Origin: Podarcis vaucheri
Taxonomy: Eukaryota
Reading direction: 5' to 3' (one strand)
NCBI GenBank assembly: GCA_965113315.1
Contig: OZ220374.1
DNA: 64,000 nt
Positions within the stretch are counted from its first letter, which is position 1. Each line of letters begins with the position of its first letter. Shown piece by piece: positions 1-11,500 of the stretch. The position numbers were made by a program, and so were the translations under genes. Under the pieces are notes generated by a model. It ran no database searches. It saw nothing but the letters and a program-made list of their open reading frames with translations, and was not told where the DNA came from.

Positions 1-515
1 AACAGTGGCATTTGAGTTCTGCCACATCCTCTTGGCCTCACCTTCTTCCCTTGCTTCCAAACTAACCCTGTGCCTTGTGCTCTCTTTCTCTCTCTCTTTG
101 TGCTGTGTTGGCTGTGTTTTCATGTATCTAGATTTGTGACCCGTCTTAGCACCAAGGTTCTCAAGATGCTACTTTAGGAAAACAGAATTAATATGTGGTG
201 AATGACGAAATGTTTAAGTGACTCAACACAAATCTTAGGATTACCTCTGTTGTACAGTGGGGTACAAATGCTCTTAAGATCTGAAGCTTAGGCATTTTTA
301 TTTTTAAATTTTCTATCACACCTAATTTTCCCGGGGAACTCAAGGTGGCTAACAAATGTGTAGCAGAATAGAAAACAGGTATCAATCCCCAAAACCAACC
401 AACTGTGCAATCAAAATTCTAATGTAAACCTGAAATAAATTTTAACCATTCTAACACGAACATCACCTAAGGTTCTCTTCTTGAGACCAAAGAAAGGATA
501 CAGTGTTTAAACATA

Positions 516-724
516 CAGTCATACCTCATGTTGTGTCCGCTTCAGGTTACATCTTTTCAAGTTGTGTCCCGCGGCAAGCCTGGAAGTACTGGAATGGTTA
601 CTTCCAGGTTTTGCTGCTAAATCGCGCTCCGTGCATGCACAGGCGCGGCGCTTCTGGATGTGAACGCTTTGAGTTGTGGGCATGCCTCCAGGACGGATTA
701 CGTCCGTAACTCAAGGTTCCACTG
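516..724. mobile_element. Tc1/mariner (Tigger/pogo-like) MITE
   Basis: TA|CAGTCATACCTC...GGTTCCACTG|TA imperfect TIRs with TA duplication; CpG-rich interior. Confidence 0.7.
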
Positions 725-1370
725 TAGTGATCTGAGTGTCTGTAAGATGCAGTGTTTTAATTTGGCTCTGAGAATACTAAGCTAAGAAAATTGAAATAAA
801 GTAGTGTCCATTTTGCTGCAGACCAGTGAAAAACTGCAATCCTACGTACACTTACTGGAGAGTAAGCTGCACTGACCACAGCGGAACAGTTCCTGAGTAA
901 ACACAGTATTGCTTTGAAAGTTTGCTTTATAATAAGAGGAGCAGTAGCTGGAATACATATGATAACACCAACTGGGGAAAGCAATTACACGTTTCAATAT
1001 TGCTTTCAACGCAATAGCGCTAAAGCTCCAGGCAGGCAAACTGTTACACAAAGCAGATTCCTTTCTAATTTTTGCATTCATGGTTAGGGGACTTTTGGGG
1101 TGGCATTAATACATGCTTAGGAATTCTGAGATGGGCTATAACTGAAGTAGAATCAGGTGGAACTAAGATGCTGCACCTGAAGAAAAATATAACTCCCATT
1201 TGTTCAACTCCCTGTTCCAGGGAACAAAGCCATCTTTTCCTTCCCTAGCAAAGATAAACACAATCCAGACCATAGAATATCTCAGGCAGGGAGAAGGTGC
1301 CAAACCGGGGGGAAACTCATAATAGTATGACTATACTATAGACCAGACTAGATAAGGAGGTACTCATACA

Positions 1371-1502
1371 ATCATAGACTTGTGGACCTGGAAAGGACGA
1401 CGAGGGTCAAGCCCCTGCAATAGCAGGAATCTTTTGCCCATAGTGTAGTTTGAACCCGCAACCCTGAGATTAAGAGTCTCATGCTCTACTGACTGAGCTA
1501 TT
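1371..1502 (-). mobile_element. tRNA-headed SINE with CR1-like 3' tail
   Basis: Minus strand: TAGCTCAGTCAGTAGAGC (A box), GGGTTCAAAC (B box), then GATTCCTGC..TGCAGGGG..CTATGAT tail. Confidence 0.7.
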
Positions 1503-3945
1503 CTGGAGGGCAGCTTTGTATAGGTACACTCAACACCTCTAACTTGGCATACTCAAGGCAGCATTCAATGTTGGCTTCCCGATTTCCTGCAACTGGCGAG
1601 ATGAAACACGCAGTGAGCCATCTCTCTCATGTGCCCTGAACGGCATGTAGCCCTTTGCTAGCTTTAAATAATAATACTGAATAGCCTTTTGACCCTAGAA
1701 GCCAGAATATTTCCAACAACACATGAAACACTTCATGCCAATTGTCCATGTAATGCCACCTACATCTTTGGCTCTTTTTGACTTCTGCTTGGTTTGCATG
1801 AAACCTTTTTCACCTTTTCTCCTGGATCCTTAGGAGGGGTTATGGTTTCCTTGACGTGCTAACAAACTACATATGCATGGGTGGGAGAAAGTTTTAAGTT
1901 GCCTCTTGTACAATGATAGTTGTCTTCCAAACTCTTGTACTGTGCTATGTTTTTAAAAAAAGACACCTGTGTTGAAAAACAAGTAGTTAATTTGCACTTG
2001 TGATGGCTTTAGTGTGACAGGATAGTAATTCTGATTCTGGAGACTGATACAGTTGGTGTATCAATGGACAGGGCTGCGACATGGAGGCTCAGCAAGGTTG
2101 GCCATTTGCTGGGGGCCTCCTAAAGAGAGCCCCATGGATCTGCTACACTTACTTATTGGGGGGCAGAGCCTGGAAGCTGCCTTGCCCAAGAGCATTCCAA
2201 AAACTGCAGCAGATCTTGCCATTAGACTATGATTGTTATCTAATGTGGATGGAAAATCCTATATTCTCAAATTATGTGACTATACCTTTTTCGTTGTGGT
2301 CCAGCAACAATTTTGCTTGAAGTTGTTTCTGCTACGAACAGACTAAAACTGTAGTCTACCAATGGAAGCAGCTGTTTCCAGGCTTACTCTTTTGACTCTA
2401 TATCTCATCATTGCACATCCCTTTGTAGCCCTGCTGGTCACAGTAACAAGTTGGGAGCACCTTTTTACTGAACTAGCAATAATGCATTTGAAATGCAAAG
2501 GCAAGATCTCTCCCGCAGCCAGTCACTTTTGGAGCCGTTTTTGCAAACCAGGAGTCATAAATGCACCTCAATACACATGAGGACCGTTGTAGTGTTGCAA
2601 GTAGATGCTGGAGCTAACCAGGATGTGGGTGTGGGTGTGTGTGCAGGGGGAAAGGGCTCTTGCAGCAGTCCCTGCTGCCAAAATGCATAAGCTGTGCCAG
2701 CAGACTTACTTAATCCATTTTCAGCAGAAACAGACACCGTTGTACCTCGCAGTGGGAGGTACAACTTCTTTTCCCAGGGTGCTGCCTCTTCAACCACACC
2801 CGGTATTTTGACCTCTTGCTTTTCTCCATTCCTATAAAATAAGGTATTGACTGTGCACATATAAATCCACTTTCGTATCAGTTGCGACATTCAACATCAG
2901 CAGAGACTGAGGATGAGGGGTAGAAAACGCCACCAGCAATATTCTTGCCACCATCTAATCTAATACCAGGTTTGAATGTGATTGTTTTGCAAGACTTCCT
3001 TGCAAGCCACTCTTGAGAGCCTCTTGGGTTAGAAAGAAAAATGTAGCTCTTCTAAATAAACAAGCTCCGAAAGCTATTTACCGTAGGCACCCTGTGTTAT
3101 TTGGGTAGCACAATCAAGTGCCAAGGGATGCCTTGCTGGGCCTCTGCCTTGCCCTGGGGGCTCTCCCTAGGCCATGCCCCTCTTTGCCCCTGCTCCACAG
3201 CCTCCTCCAGTTCTTCTGCCTGGCTGACCTGTGTCCTTGAACTCTAACCATACCCATGGATGAGTGTACACATAAAAACCTCTGGCTTTTGTGTGGCTGG
3301 ACCATAACCTACTGTACCAAGATAAGAGAGTCACTTCCGTTGCCCCACCTTCCACTTAGATGTGACCCCTGAAAGGTTGCTCACTGGAGAATGCAGCCCT
3401 CCAGCTGGAGAAAAACAAAAACCCCACCCGGTAATCAATTGTAATGGTTATACCAGAGGAAGAGGCCTTTCTGAGCTAGCCAGCTTGGAGAACTGGCTTA
3501 AATGTTAGCAGTCAGCATTCTAGTCCAAATGGTGCGGTCACTGTTTCCTAACAAAGTTTAGTCCAACAGCCTAAATGAAAGGTTTCTGTTTCATACAAAA
3601 CAACCGTTGAAAGGGAGGAATATAATCAAGATGGCACAAATGTTGTACAGGATGTAAAGTCTATGGAGGGGTTGCTTAAAGGACTCATTCTAGAACCCGT
3701 GTTGTCTGCCTGCATAGTTTTGTGTGTAATACAAAGTTCTACCAGATTTGGAGTAAACCCCTGGAAGAGGTGCAAAAATCCGCTGAAGACCATGAAAATG
3801 GCTCTGCATTGATGTAGAAAGTGGCCCGTTCACATTATCTGTACTTTATCTGATGATGTGCTAAATAATTGGGGGGAAATAGTCCCAGCCTTAAAAAAAA
3901 AAGTTGTATCCCTCAGTAACTAAGTAATGCAACTCTTCCCCCTAG

Positions 3946-5499
3946 GTGTATGGGGAGGCAACAAAAGATAGTGACCATCCCAAGCACCAGACAGAAGAGA
4001 TGGTCTCGGATGCTCCCAGCATTGCTGAAAACTCTGCCTTCAGCAAAGATTTGCTTTTGGAGAATAAGGAGTATGCACAAACAAATTCTCTTAAGCTGAA
4101 AACAAACTGCTCCATTGTGTTAGACAATGAAAGGAAGACGGGGCCAGAAGAAGCACAATGTCCAACAGTTGAAACTGGAAGACAAAGGTCAGCCAATGCT
4201 GCACTTAGAGAGACTGGTCATGGTTTGCCCCAGAAGGAGCCTCTCAGTGATGCAGGGGCACCTCCTGTCAGTCAAACAGACTCATACACTCAGGAGGCTT
4301 CTCCTAAGTCTCCAGAGGAACAAGAAATGTCTGCTGGGGCCTATAATCAAGTTGTGCTGAGGCATAAAGCACCTAGAAATGTTACCTTAAATAGTATGGA
4401 TGAGGTAGAGTCACCAACTAGCTCTCCAAGTGATGAAAGTCCACCATCAGAGAACATTGCTTTCATGATTACCAAAACAGCAGTCCAGTTTCTGTCCAGT
4501 GGAGAGGTCCACGATATAGTCAACAGGCAGGGAGAGGATGTGCAGACTGTGAACATTGATTCCAGAAGGGAAGCAACATCCCAACAAGGGACGCTAGAGA
4601 ACCGTGAAAGTGAAGATCCCGTGGTCTGCTTGGACAAAAAGCCGGTAATCATTATTTTTGATGAGCCAATGGACATCCGATCAGCTTATAAAAGACTTTC
4701 AACAATATTTGAGGAATGTGATGAAGAGCTGGAAAAAATGATGACAGAAGAGAAGATAGAGGAAGAGGAGGAGGAGGAGGAAGAAGAAGACCAAGAACCT
4801 GAGACACGTGGTGCCCGTAACATAGGAGTTACCAGTGCAGACAGTCCTAGGAGTCATGGGGCTGATGACGCAACAAGCGGCAGATTTGAGCAGGACTTCA
4901 GACAACGCTATCTGTCTAATTCAGCGACTCAAGCCAAACACCTTGAAGGGCAGGAAACAGATGAGATGGATCTCAGGAAATCTCCTTATATTTATGCGCC
5001 ACATCCAGAGTCAAAGCTGGACATTCCTGATACAAAGAAGAAATTCAAGTTTAAATTCCCTAAAAAGCAGCTGGCTGCTCTTACGCAGGCAATCCGCACA
5101 GGGACTAAAACCGGCAAGAAAACTTTGCAAGTGGTTGTGTATGAAGAAGAGGAGGAGGAGGACGGCACTGTGAAACAGCACAAAGAGGCAAAAAGGTTTG
5201 AAATCCCGAGCAGTCGGCCCGATGACGCTTCAGGGAAGGAGGAGCCAAACCTAACTGTACAGACTTCTAGGACTGAAGAAATTAGAAAGAACACATACAG
5301 GACTCTGGACAGCCTGGAGCAGACTATTAAGCAACTGGAGAGCACTATTAGTGAGATGAGCCCCAAATCAGTTTCTGAAGCTCCAGCCCGATCGGAGGGA
5401 ACTTCTGTCCCGGGCTTTTTCTCACCAAAAGAACCCCTAGCGCTGGAAGAGACTATTGCTGATGTTGAACCCCCCTCAATACCGTCAACTTCACGTAAG
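3946..5499 (+). CDS. KIAA1217: KIAA1217/sickle tail homolog, large internal coding exon (518 codons, phase 0/0)
   Basis: Acceptor cttccccctag|GTG at 3945/3946, donor AAG|gtactt at 5499/5500. ORF has recognisable SKT motifs KKPVIIIFDEPMDIRSAYKRLSTIFEECDEELEKM, KKKFKFKFPKKQLAALTQAIRTGTKTGKKTLQVVVYEEEEE and RKNTYRTLDSLEQTIKQLE. Adjacency to ARHGAP21 matches known vertebrate synteny. Confidence 0.95.
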
Positions 5500-6016
5500 G
5501 TACTTTAGTATGAGAAATCACAACTCCAGCTGCTTTCTAAAACAAAATCTGCCGTAATAATCACCATTAAGCAAGAGGTGTCTTCTGATTGGTTTGCTTC
5601 CTTTCGGGTGGCTTGTTTGGTGCATCCATTAGGTGTCTAACAGCTAATAGATTTGTGTGTGGTTTCATTTTTTAAAAATAAAATAAAATCTCTCCTGCTG
5701 ATTGGTGATGGGCAATCAAAGGAAGCTTGGTCAGCTGTGGGCGAATCAAAATACCTGGGACTGCCAGTTAAACGTAGGTTGATCTGTAGTTGAGCCTTTG
5801 ACCTCCATTTTTGATTCCTGTAATTAACACCGGTGGTGTGCCTTGTGGTGTGGATCCTTTTGGTGCTTCCTGTGCATGTCTTGGGGGCTTTGCCTTCTCA
5901 CTCAAAGCAGCTTTGGCCATGGTGCGTGAGCCTCCACCTTGCCCATGCACTGATGCTCACCCCACGTTTCCCTTATCTCTCTCCCCTTCCCCTTGGCACC
6001 CCAACCTTCCTCACAG

Positions 6017-6142
6017 GGTTCAACCAGCACTTCACAGACCAGCAGGATGCCAATCCCTGCAGCCGCAAAAAGTAGACAGCAAAGCAACGCAGACAAAACA
6101 AGCAAACCGCACAAGCTACAGGATCAACGCCAGTACAGACAG
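6017..6142 (+). CDS. KIAA1217: KIAA1217 penultimate coding exon (GSTSTSQTSRMPIPAAAKSRQQSNADKTSKPHKLQDQRQYRQ)
   Basis: ttcctcacag|GGT ... CAG|gtagtt; 126 nt, phase 0/0; resembles recalled mammalian GSSGAPQTSRMP...KLQDPRQYRQ. Confidence 0.9.
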
Positions 6143-6685
6143 GTAGTTTTACCCTAAACCCAAAGCTTGGGTTGGACTTGAAAGCGGATTGTGTGTGTTT
6201 GGTAAATGTGTAAGTCAAGTGACCGACTTGGATGATACCAAATAATGGACTTTTGTCTTCCTGCTGAAATCTGGAATTGGAAATCCAGGGGAATGGGGGT
6301 GGGGCATGAAAATATTTAATGGTAGCATTGTCTCTCCCCCCACCCCATGCTTGCGCATGTCTGCAGTAAACCATCTCCTGCTTTTTTGAGTTTTGTTCCA
6401 GTACTCGGCTGCAGTTTCCTAAATGTCAGCGACAGGAACAGATGCCGTTTGAAGCATTTCAGATGACACTGTCAATACTAACTCCCTGTTTAACAGACCG
6501 CAGTGAGAGCCTATTAACCACCCACCAAAACGTTTCCACCCTCACCTAACAACCCTACAAGCATGGCCAATGTGGTGAACAGCCCAGTTTTTGTGGCGCC
6601 TTCCTTTCCCCACCCTCTTCTCCTGTCAACTTCTCCCACACTCTGTCCATCTTCTGTCCCATAGCTGAGGGAGGGGTGAAGGGGG

Positions 6686-6720
6686 AAGGAAGGAAGGAAG
6701 GAAGGAAGGAGGGAGGGAGG
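6686..6720. repeat. (GGAA)n/(GGGA)n microsatellite
   Basis: Direct inspection. Confidence 0.9.
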
Positions 6721-6884
6721 CCTCCCAGGTCCAGCGCATAGGTGCAAGATTTAGTGCCAGCTTCCGAGAGACTATATCCATTCTTCCTTTCTGCAAGCCT
6801 ATTTTCCCATACAGCTCCTCTTTTTTTAATGTTTATTGTGTATGTTGACTTAAATTGTCTCCCACCATCTTTATTTATTTACAG

Positions 6885-7449
6885 GCTAATGGAAGTGCTA
6901 AAAGAGCTGGTGGGGACAGTAAGGCCACTTCCCTAACCTGTCTGCTTCAAAAATTCCAGCCTTTCCTTCCACCTCTGGGAAAAGTAGCTCTGTTTCTAGT
7001 GGTGATAGCACTAACCTTCTGAGCCCCCCTACTAAAGCCTCTGCCCCTTCTTCTAACCCTCTCAGTCCTCCAACAGGTCGCCCTCCTCATTCCGCTTCCC
7101 TAATCCCCTCTGTCTCGAATGGCTCCTTGAAGTTCCAGAGTCCCGCTCACACAGGTAAAGGTCACCATCCTCTTTCATTCTCAATACAGACTCAAAATGG
7201 CNNNNNNNNNNNNNNNNNNNNNNNNNNNNNNNNNNNNNNNNNNNNNNNNNNNNNNNNNNNNNNNNNNNNNNNNNNNNNNNNNNNNNNNNNNNNNNNNNNN
7301 NNNNNNNNNNNNNNNNNNNNNNNNNNNNNNNNNNNNNNNNNNNNNNNNNNNNNNNNNNNNNNNNNNNNNNNNNNNNNNNNNNNNNNNNNNNNNNNNNNNN
7401 NGTCAGCAAACCCGCCCAATCTTCCTCCGTCACCAAGGAATCAACTTAA
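6885..7449 (+). CDS. KIAA1217: KIAA1217 last coding exon (ANGSAKRAGG...SKIP...NGSLKFQSPAHTGKGHH...gap...VSKPAQSSSVTKEST*), with apparent 1-nt deletion near 6931-6933 and an assembly gap
   Basis: tttatttacag|GCT AAT GGA AGT; homologous frame continues only after a -1 shift at acttCCCtaac; Ns 7202-7401; TAA at 7447-7449 after AAG GAA TCA ACT (recalled mammalian end AKETS*). Confidence 0.85.
7202..7401. other. Assembly gap (200 N)
   Basis: Run of exactly 200 N inside the last KIAA1217 exon. Confidence 1.
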
Positions 7450-8581
7450 AAGCTCTATATCGGCTAGTGCAAGTTGCAGACAAAATCTTCTCAGTTGCTG
7501 ATGTTGACATGCAGCTGAGGAGTGCGTACTGTAAAGTTTCAGGCGGAAATGCGAAACTTGTGCTAAATACTGTGTTATTACAAGTGAGAGACAAAAAGTA
7601 GTTTTGTAGGCATTTGCTGCTGTCAAAATGCCAGAGGGGGGAGGGTGAGGGTGGGGGGTGGTTGGGTTCCCTTCAGCCAGAAACTGTTACAAAAAGTACA
7701 ATGGGAGTATGAATGAAACCAGAAGTATGAGTGCACAGAAATGGATCAAGCATGAAAATAAAGTGTATTAAAGCGAGTTATTTTGTATAAAGCTATTTTT
7801 AAGTATGAGAACTAAACATCGTGTGATAATGCAAAATTATAAAACTGAAACTAAGATATTTTTCTTTTATTTTAGTGTTATCCAAATTTGTTACAGATTT
7901 CTATTTTTGTCAAAAAACAAAAACAAAAAAAACCCTTCATGGTTACTTTCAGAAATCTTTTTTGCCAAAACATTTGATACTATTATAACGTACATTTTGA
8001 TAGTTATGCTGAACACCTTCCTCTGCACAAGCGACAAGAGTTAAGACTGAGACTGACGTGGTAGGAGGCAACGTTACCTATTGCACTGCCATTCAGATTA
8101 TATTTAATAATAATTTGCAATGCCAAGGAAAAAAATGGTTTTTTCATTTAGGCATTTGCTGATTCCCTTTTGCTTCCTTCATTTTTCCATTTTACTGAGA
8201 CCTGGGTAAAAATCATGTAGTACTACCATGTGGATTATTTTTTAAAAGTGTATACTTCTGTACTGTTCTGTATAATGGAAAAACCTCTGTACATATTATA
8301 AATATATAAATATAAATATATAAATATAAAATATAAGTACAGTATGCGGCTGGGCACAGACAAGAGTAGTTTTCGACACCAAAGGTCCATTTTATGCATG
8401 GTTCTCAAGTACACTTTGGGAAAAGGTCAGTGAGGGACAACTGGGAGTTGCCAAGGGGGGGTGGGGTGGGCAGGGATGGGTTTCAAAAAGCAACCTGTGT
8501 GGCAAGGCGAGTGGTTCTTATTGTAAATATCTTATTTGTACAACTCTATAATACAGAAGCGGGGGAAAAAACCTTTGCAAA

Positions 8582-8587
8582 AATAAA
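8582..8587 (+). terminator. Likely KIAA1217 polyadenylation signal (a proximal AATAAA also at 7757-7762)
   Basis: AATAAA followed by GU/U-rich atgttgtggtatgattttgt; ends an AU-rich 3' UTR, after which repeat-derived sequence begins. Confidence 0.65.
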
Positions 8588-11500
8588 GGGCTGCATGCTT
8601 ATGTTGTGGTATGATTTTGTCACTAATCAATTATTTCATAGTTTTCATACCAGCCCCCAATGCACTTGGGTGGAGCCATTGCACATTTTAGTCCCATTGA
8701 TTTCAGTGGGAGAAGTATGCATATTCTTCAGTCTGTCCCACTGAAAGAAAAGGGCATAAGCACTTTAAAGTCATGGTGGGTTGTGTCTGCTGTTTGCTAT
8801 AAACACATACAAAGGTGAGCAACTTCATGCATTGACCAAAATGCACTAGCTTTACATGTGCAGGTTACATTTTGTCAGTGGCAGCTGTCTCAACCCGCCT
8901 AATGGTAGGGCCAGCACCAGCCGTACACAGAGGACAGTGCGTAAATGGCTACTAGGCTATACACTGCCTGTGGCAGGAGGCCCTTGAATGCCTGCTGCTG
9001 GGAATCACATGTGTGGAGTGTTGTTGCACTCAGGTCTTACCTGTGGGTTTCCCATAGGCCTCTGGTTGGAGGGTGGAATAGGATGCTGGACTGGATGGGC
9101 CAATGGCTTGATCCAGCAGGGCAGCAAGTGGCCATTTTGCTGCAGGAAATCATGATGGGAAGCTGAGGACCAATGCAGCTTCCTGTCTCAAATTTTTTTT
9201 TGTTATGCAAGCACCCCAGTTAGCGGCAGCTACCACAGTGGTGGCTGCCACTAACATAGGGACAACATCCTGCTTGTCTTGCTTGTTTTATAATAACGTG
9301 CAGCAGATTATCATGCTGGCCCAATACTGCAATCTGCAAAAATGTAAGTGAACAGGAGCCTCTTACGTGACCTTGTTCAGGAATTTTAAGGAGCCAATAG
9401 TTTTTAAATTAGTGCAGCTTTCAAAGGAACGGTCTCCCATCTGAATCCAAAATGGCAGCCACCTGACTTCAAGACATAATAGAAAACCTGCTCCTTGATC
9501 TCAGGAACCATCACGCAAAATCTGGTTACAATATCGTAAGAAGTGTCCAAATCTATAGTGAAAAAACAACTTTTCCAAATTATATAGTTGATACTTCCAT
9601 CACACACATCTAGCAACTGCATACCTTTGGAAGCAAGTAAAACAACACTCTGTTAAGAGCAAGTCACAAACATAAAGTTCTTGCATATCAGTCCACCCAG
9701 TGGATGGGCTACATTTGCCGCTGCATAAATAAATAAATAAATATCCATATCTATTATCTATATAGGAATAAAGTAAGATTGAAAAACAATTTCAGTTTAC
9801 AGGAAAAAGTTTCTGCTCACTTGGAAGATGGATTCTTAGGTGCTGATGCAGCATGTGAAAGTTCCTTAATTTTTTTAAGGTTCTGAGAGCCCCATGTCCA
9901 GCTAGCTGATATTACTCCTTGTAGACAAAGGCTACCAGAAAAGTGGAAAGGTGAGTGGTAGGCTCACCTTTACCATTTGGGGGAAGAGTTTTAGGAAACT
10001 TCCACCATTACCAATTGTTCAGCATTACAACCACTCATTGCTCCAGAGTGTTACTAACTTTATTTATATCCACCCTCTTCAAATGCTTGAGGCAGCTCTC
10101 AACGTCATTTTAAAAGTCCACACACAAAGCTACAAAACAAAATTATGTTTCTGCCAGCAGAGCCAGCACAATCAACCCACAAATCAAGCAGCCCTTGGGC
10201 AAAATTCTCCCTTGAACATGTACATTTTACGCATTTGCTGAAGGCCTAGAGCAGGGATAACTCTGAGAACTCTGATTTAAGAGAGGGGCAGAGCTTCCCC
10301 CCCCCCCAAAGCAATGGTGGTGACATTCTGGCTAACTCTTGTTTTTTAAGAATGCCAGTGCCTCTTTTTAAAAAAAGCACTGACTGCTGGTATCCATCTT
10401 TTGACCAATCTTGGTGAACCTGGAAATGCTGCGGTCTGGGTAAAGTAGACATAAATCCAAACGCCACGGCAAATACCAAGACAAACTTCTGATAAGCACC
10501 TGAATTTTCAGATTTCGGGGTATATTATTAATAACACAATTGCCATCAGCATGTGTGACACTTTACAATCTAAGAGGGCTCATCCCTTAAGGACCTGACA
10601 ATCTGAAATTTGGCACATGAGAGGCACAAAGAGGCAAACAGTGTGTTTCCGTCGCATATACTCAGTTACAGTAAGGCATGAGATCTGGGGCAGGGGGTGT
10701 TCCAAAGGCTTACAGGGAGACAGATGTCGAGTGGTTTGAAATAAAATATATATGCTGCCATATTATAAAGTATCAGGGTGGCACAAAACAACATGTACAC
10801 AGCAAAACATGACATGATTTAAAACACCACAAAATAATCATTGAAATGGCTCAGCAGTCAAGAACACCTTAGACAACTGCCTAGGCCTATTGGCATAAAA
10901 TGCTCTTCAAGAGAAGCCTGAAGGTAATGCTGCCTGCCGAATCCTCAAGAGTGTCTTCTACAGCATGAGACCAGCGACACAAAATGACTGACATCTATCA
11001 GAAGCCAGTGAGGCCTCTAACACGGGAGACAACTGGCATCATGCAGTAAAGACCAAAAGGGTAGAGGAAGCAATATAGTTTCAGATAGTGGAGGAAGGTG
11101 ACTGAGTGGTAAGAGTGAAGGCTTTACAGGCAGGGATGCTTGTGCCTGTAGTGGACCATAGTCCTCTATGGCAAATGGAGAAGAGGGCAGGGACAGGGAA
11201 GCTACCATGAAAGACATCAAACGGAAGAACTAAGTGCTTGAATTGGCTCTAGGAGCAGACAGGAAGCCAGTCTTGTGATCAAAGGAAATGGGGGGGGGGC
11301 AGTTCATTTTGGAAGTAGTGGTTTGGATAAGAGAGACATGGGCCGTTCCAAGTGGAAAAGGCTGCAAGACGCAACAGACTCAAACCAGGGTTTTCACCAA
11401 AGGGGCAGAGAATAAAGGCCGTATTTTTGCAACGTTGAAATGGTGGAAGCAAGAGAACTTGACAAAGGATGGCACACAGGTAACAAAGGGACAGAAGAAT

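Noticed and set aside
1430-1502. tRNA-like sequences (also 40090-40178, 49140-49207, 63490-63560)
   Set aside because: Acceptor stems are imperfect and each is fused to a LINE-like body or tail, so they are SINE heads, not tRNA genes.
4347-5366. Minus-strand ORFs of 68-124 aa over the KIAA1217 exon
   Set aside because: Antisense shadows of a long coding exon; no independent splice or homology support.
7062-7601. ORFs spanning the N run
   Set aside because: Artefacts of translating Ns; only the KIAA1217 frame segments are meaningful.
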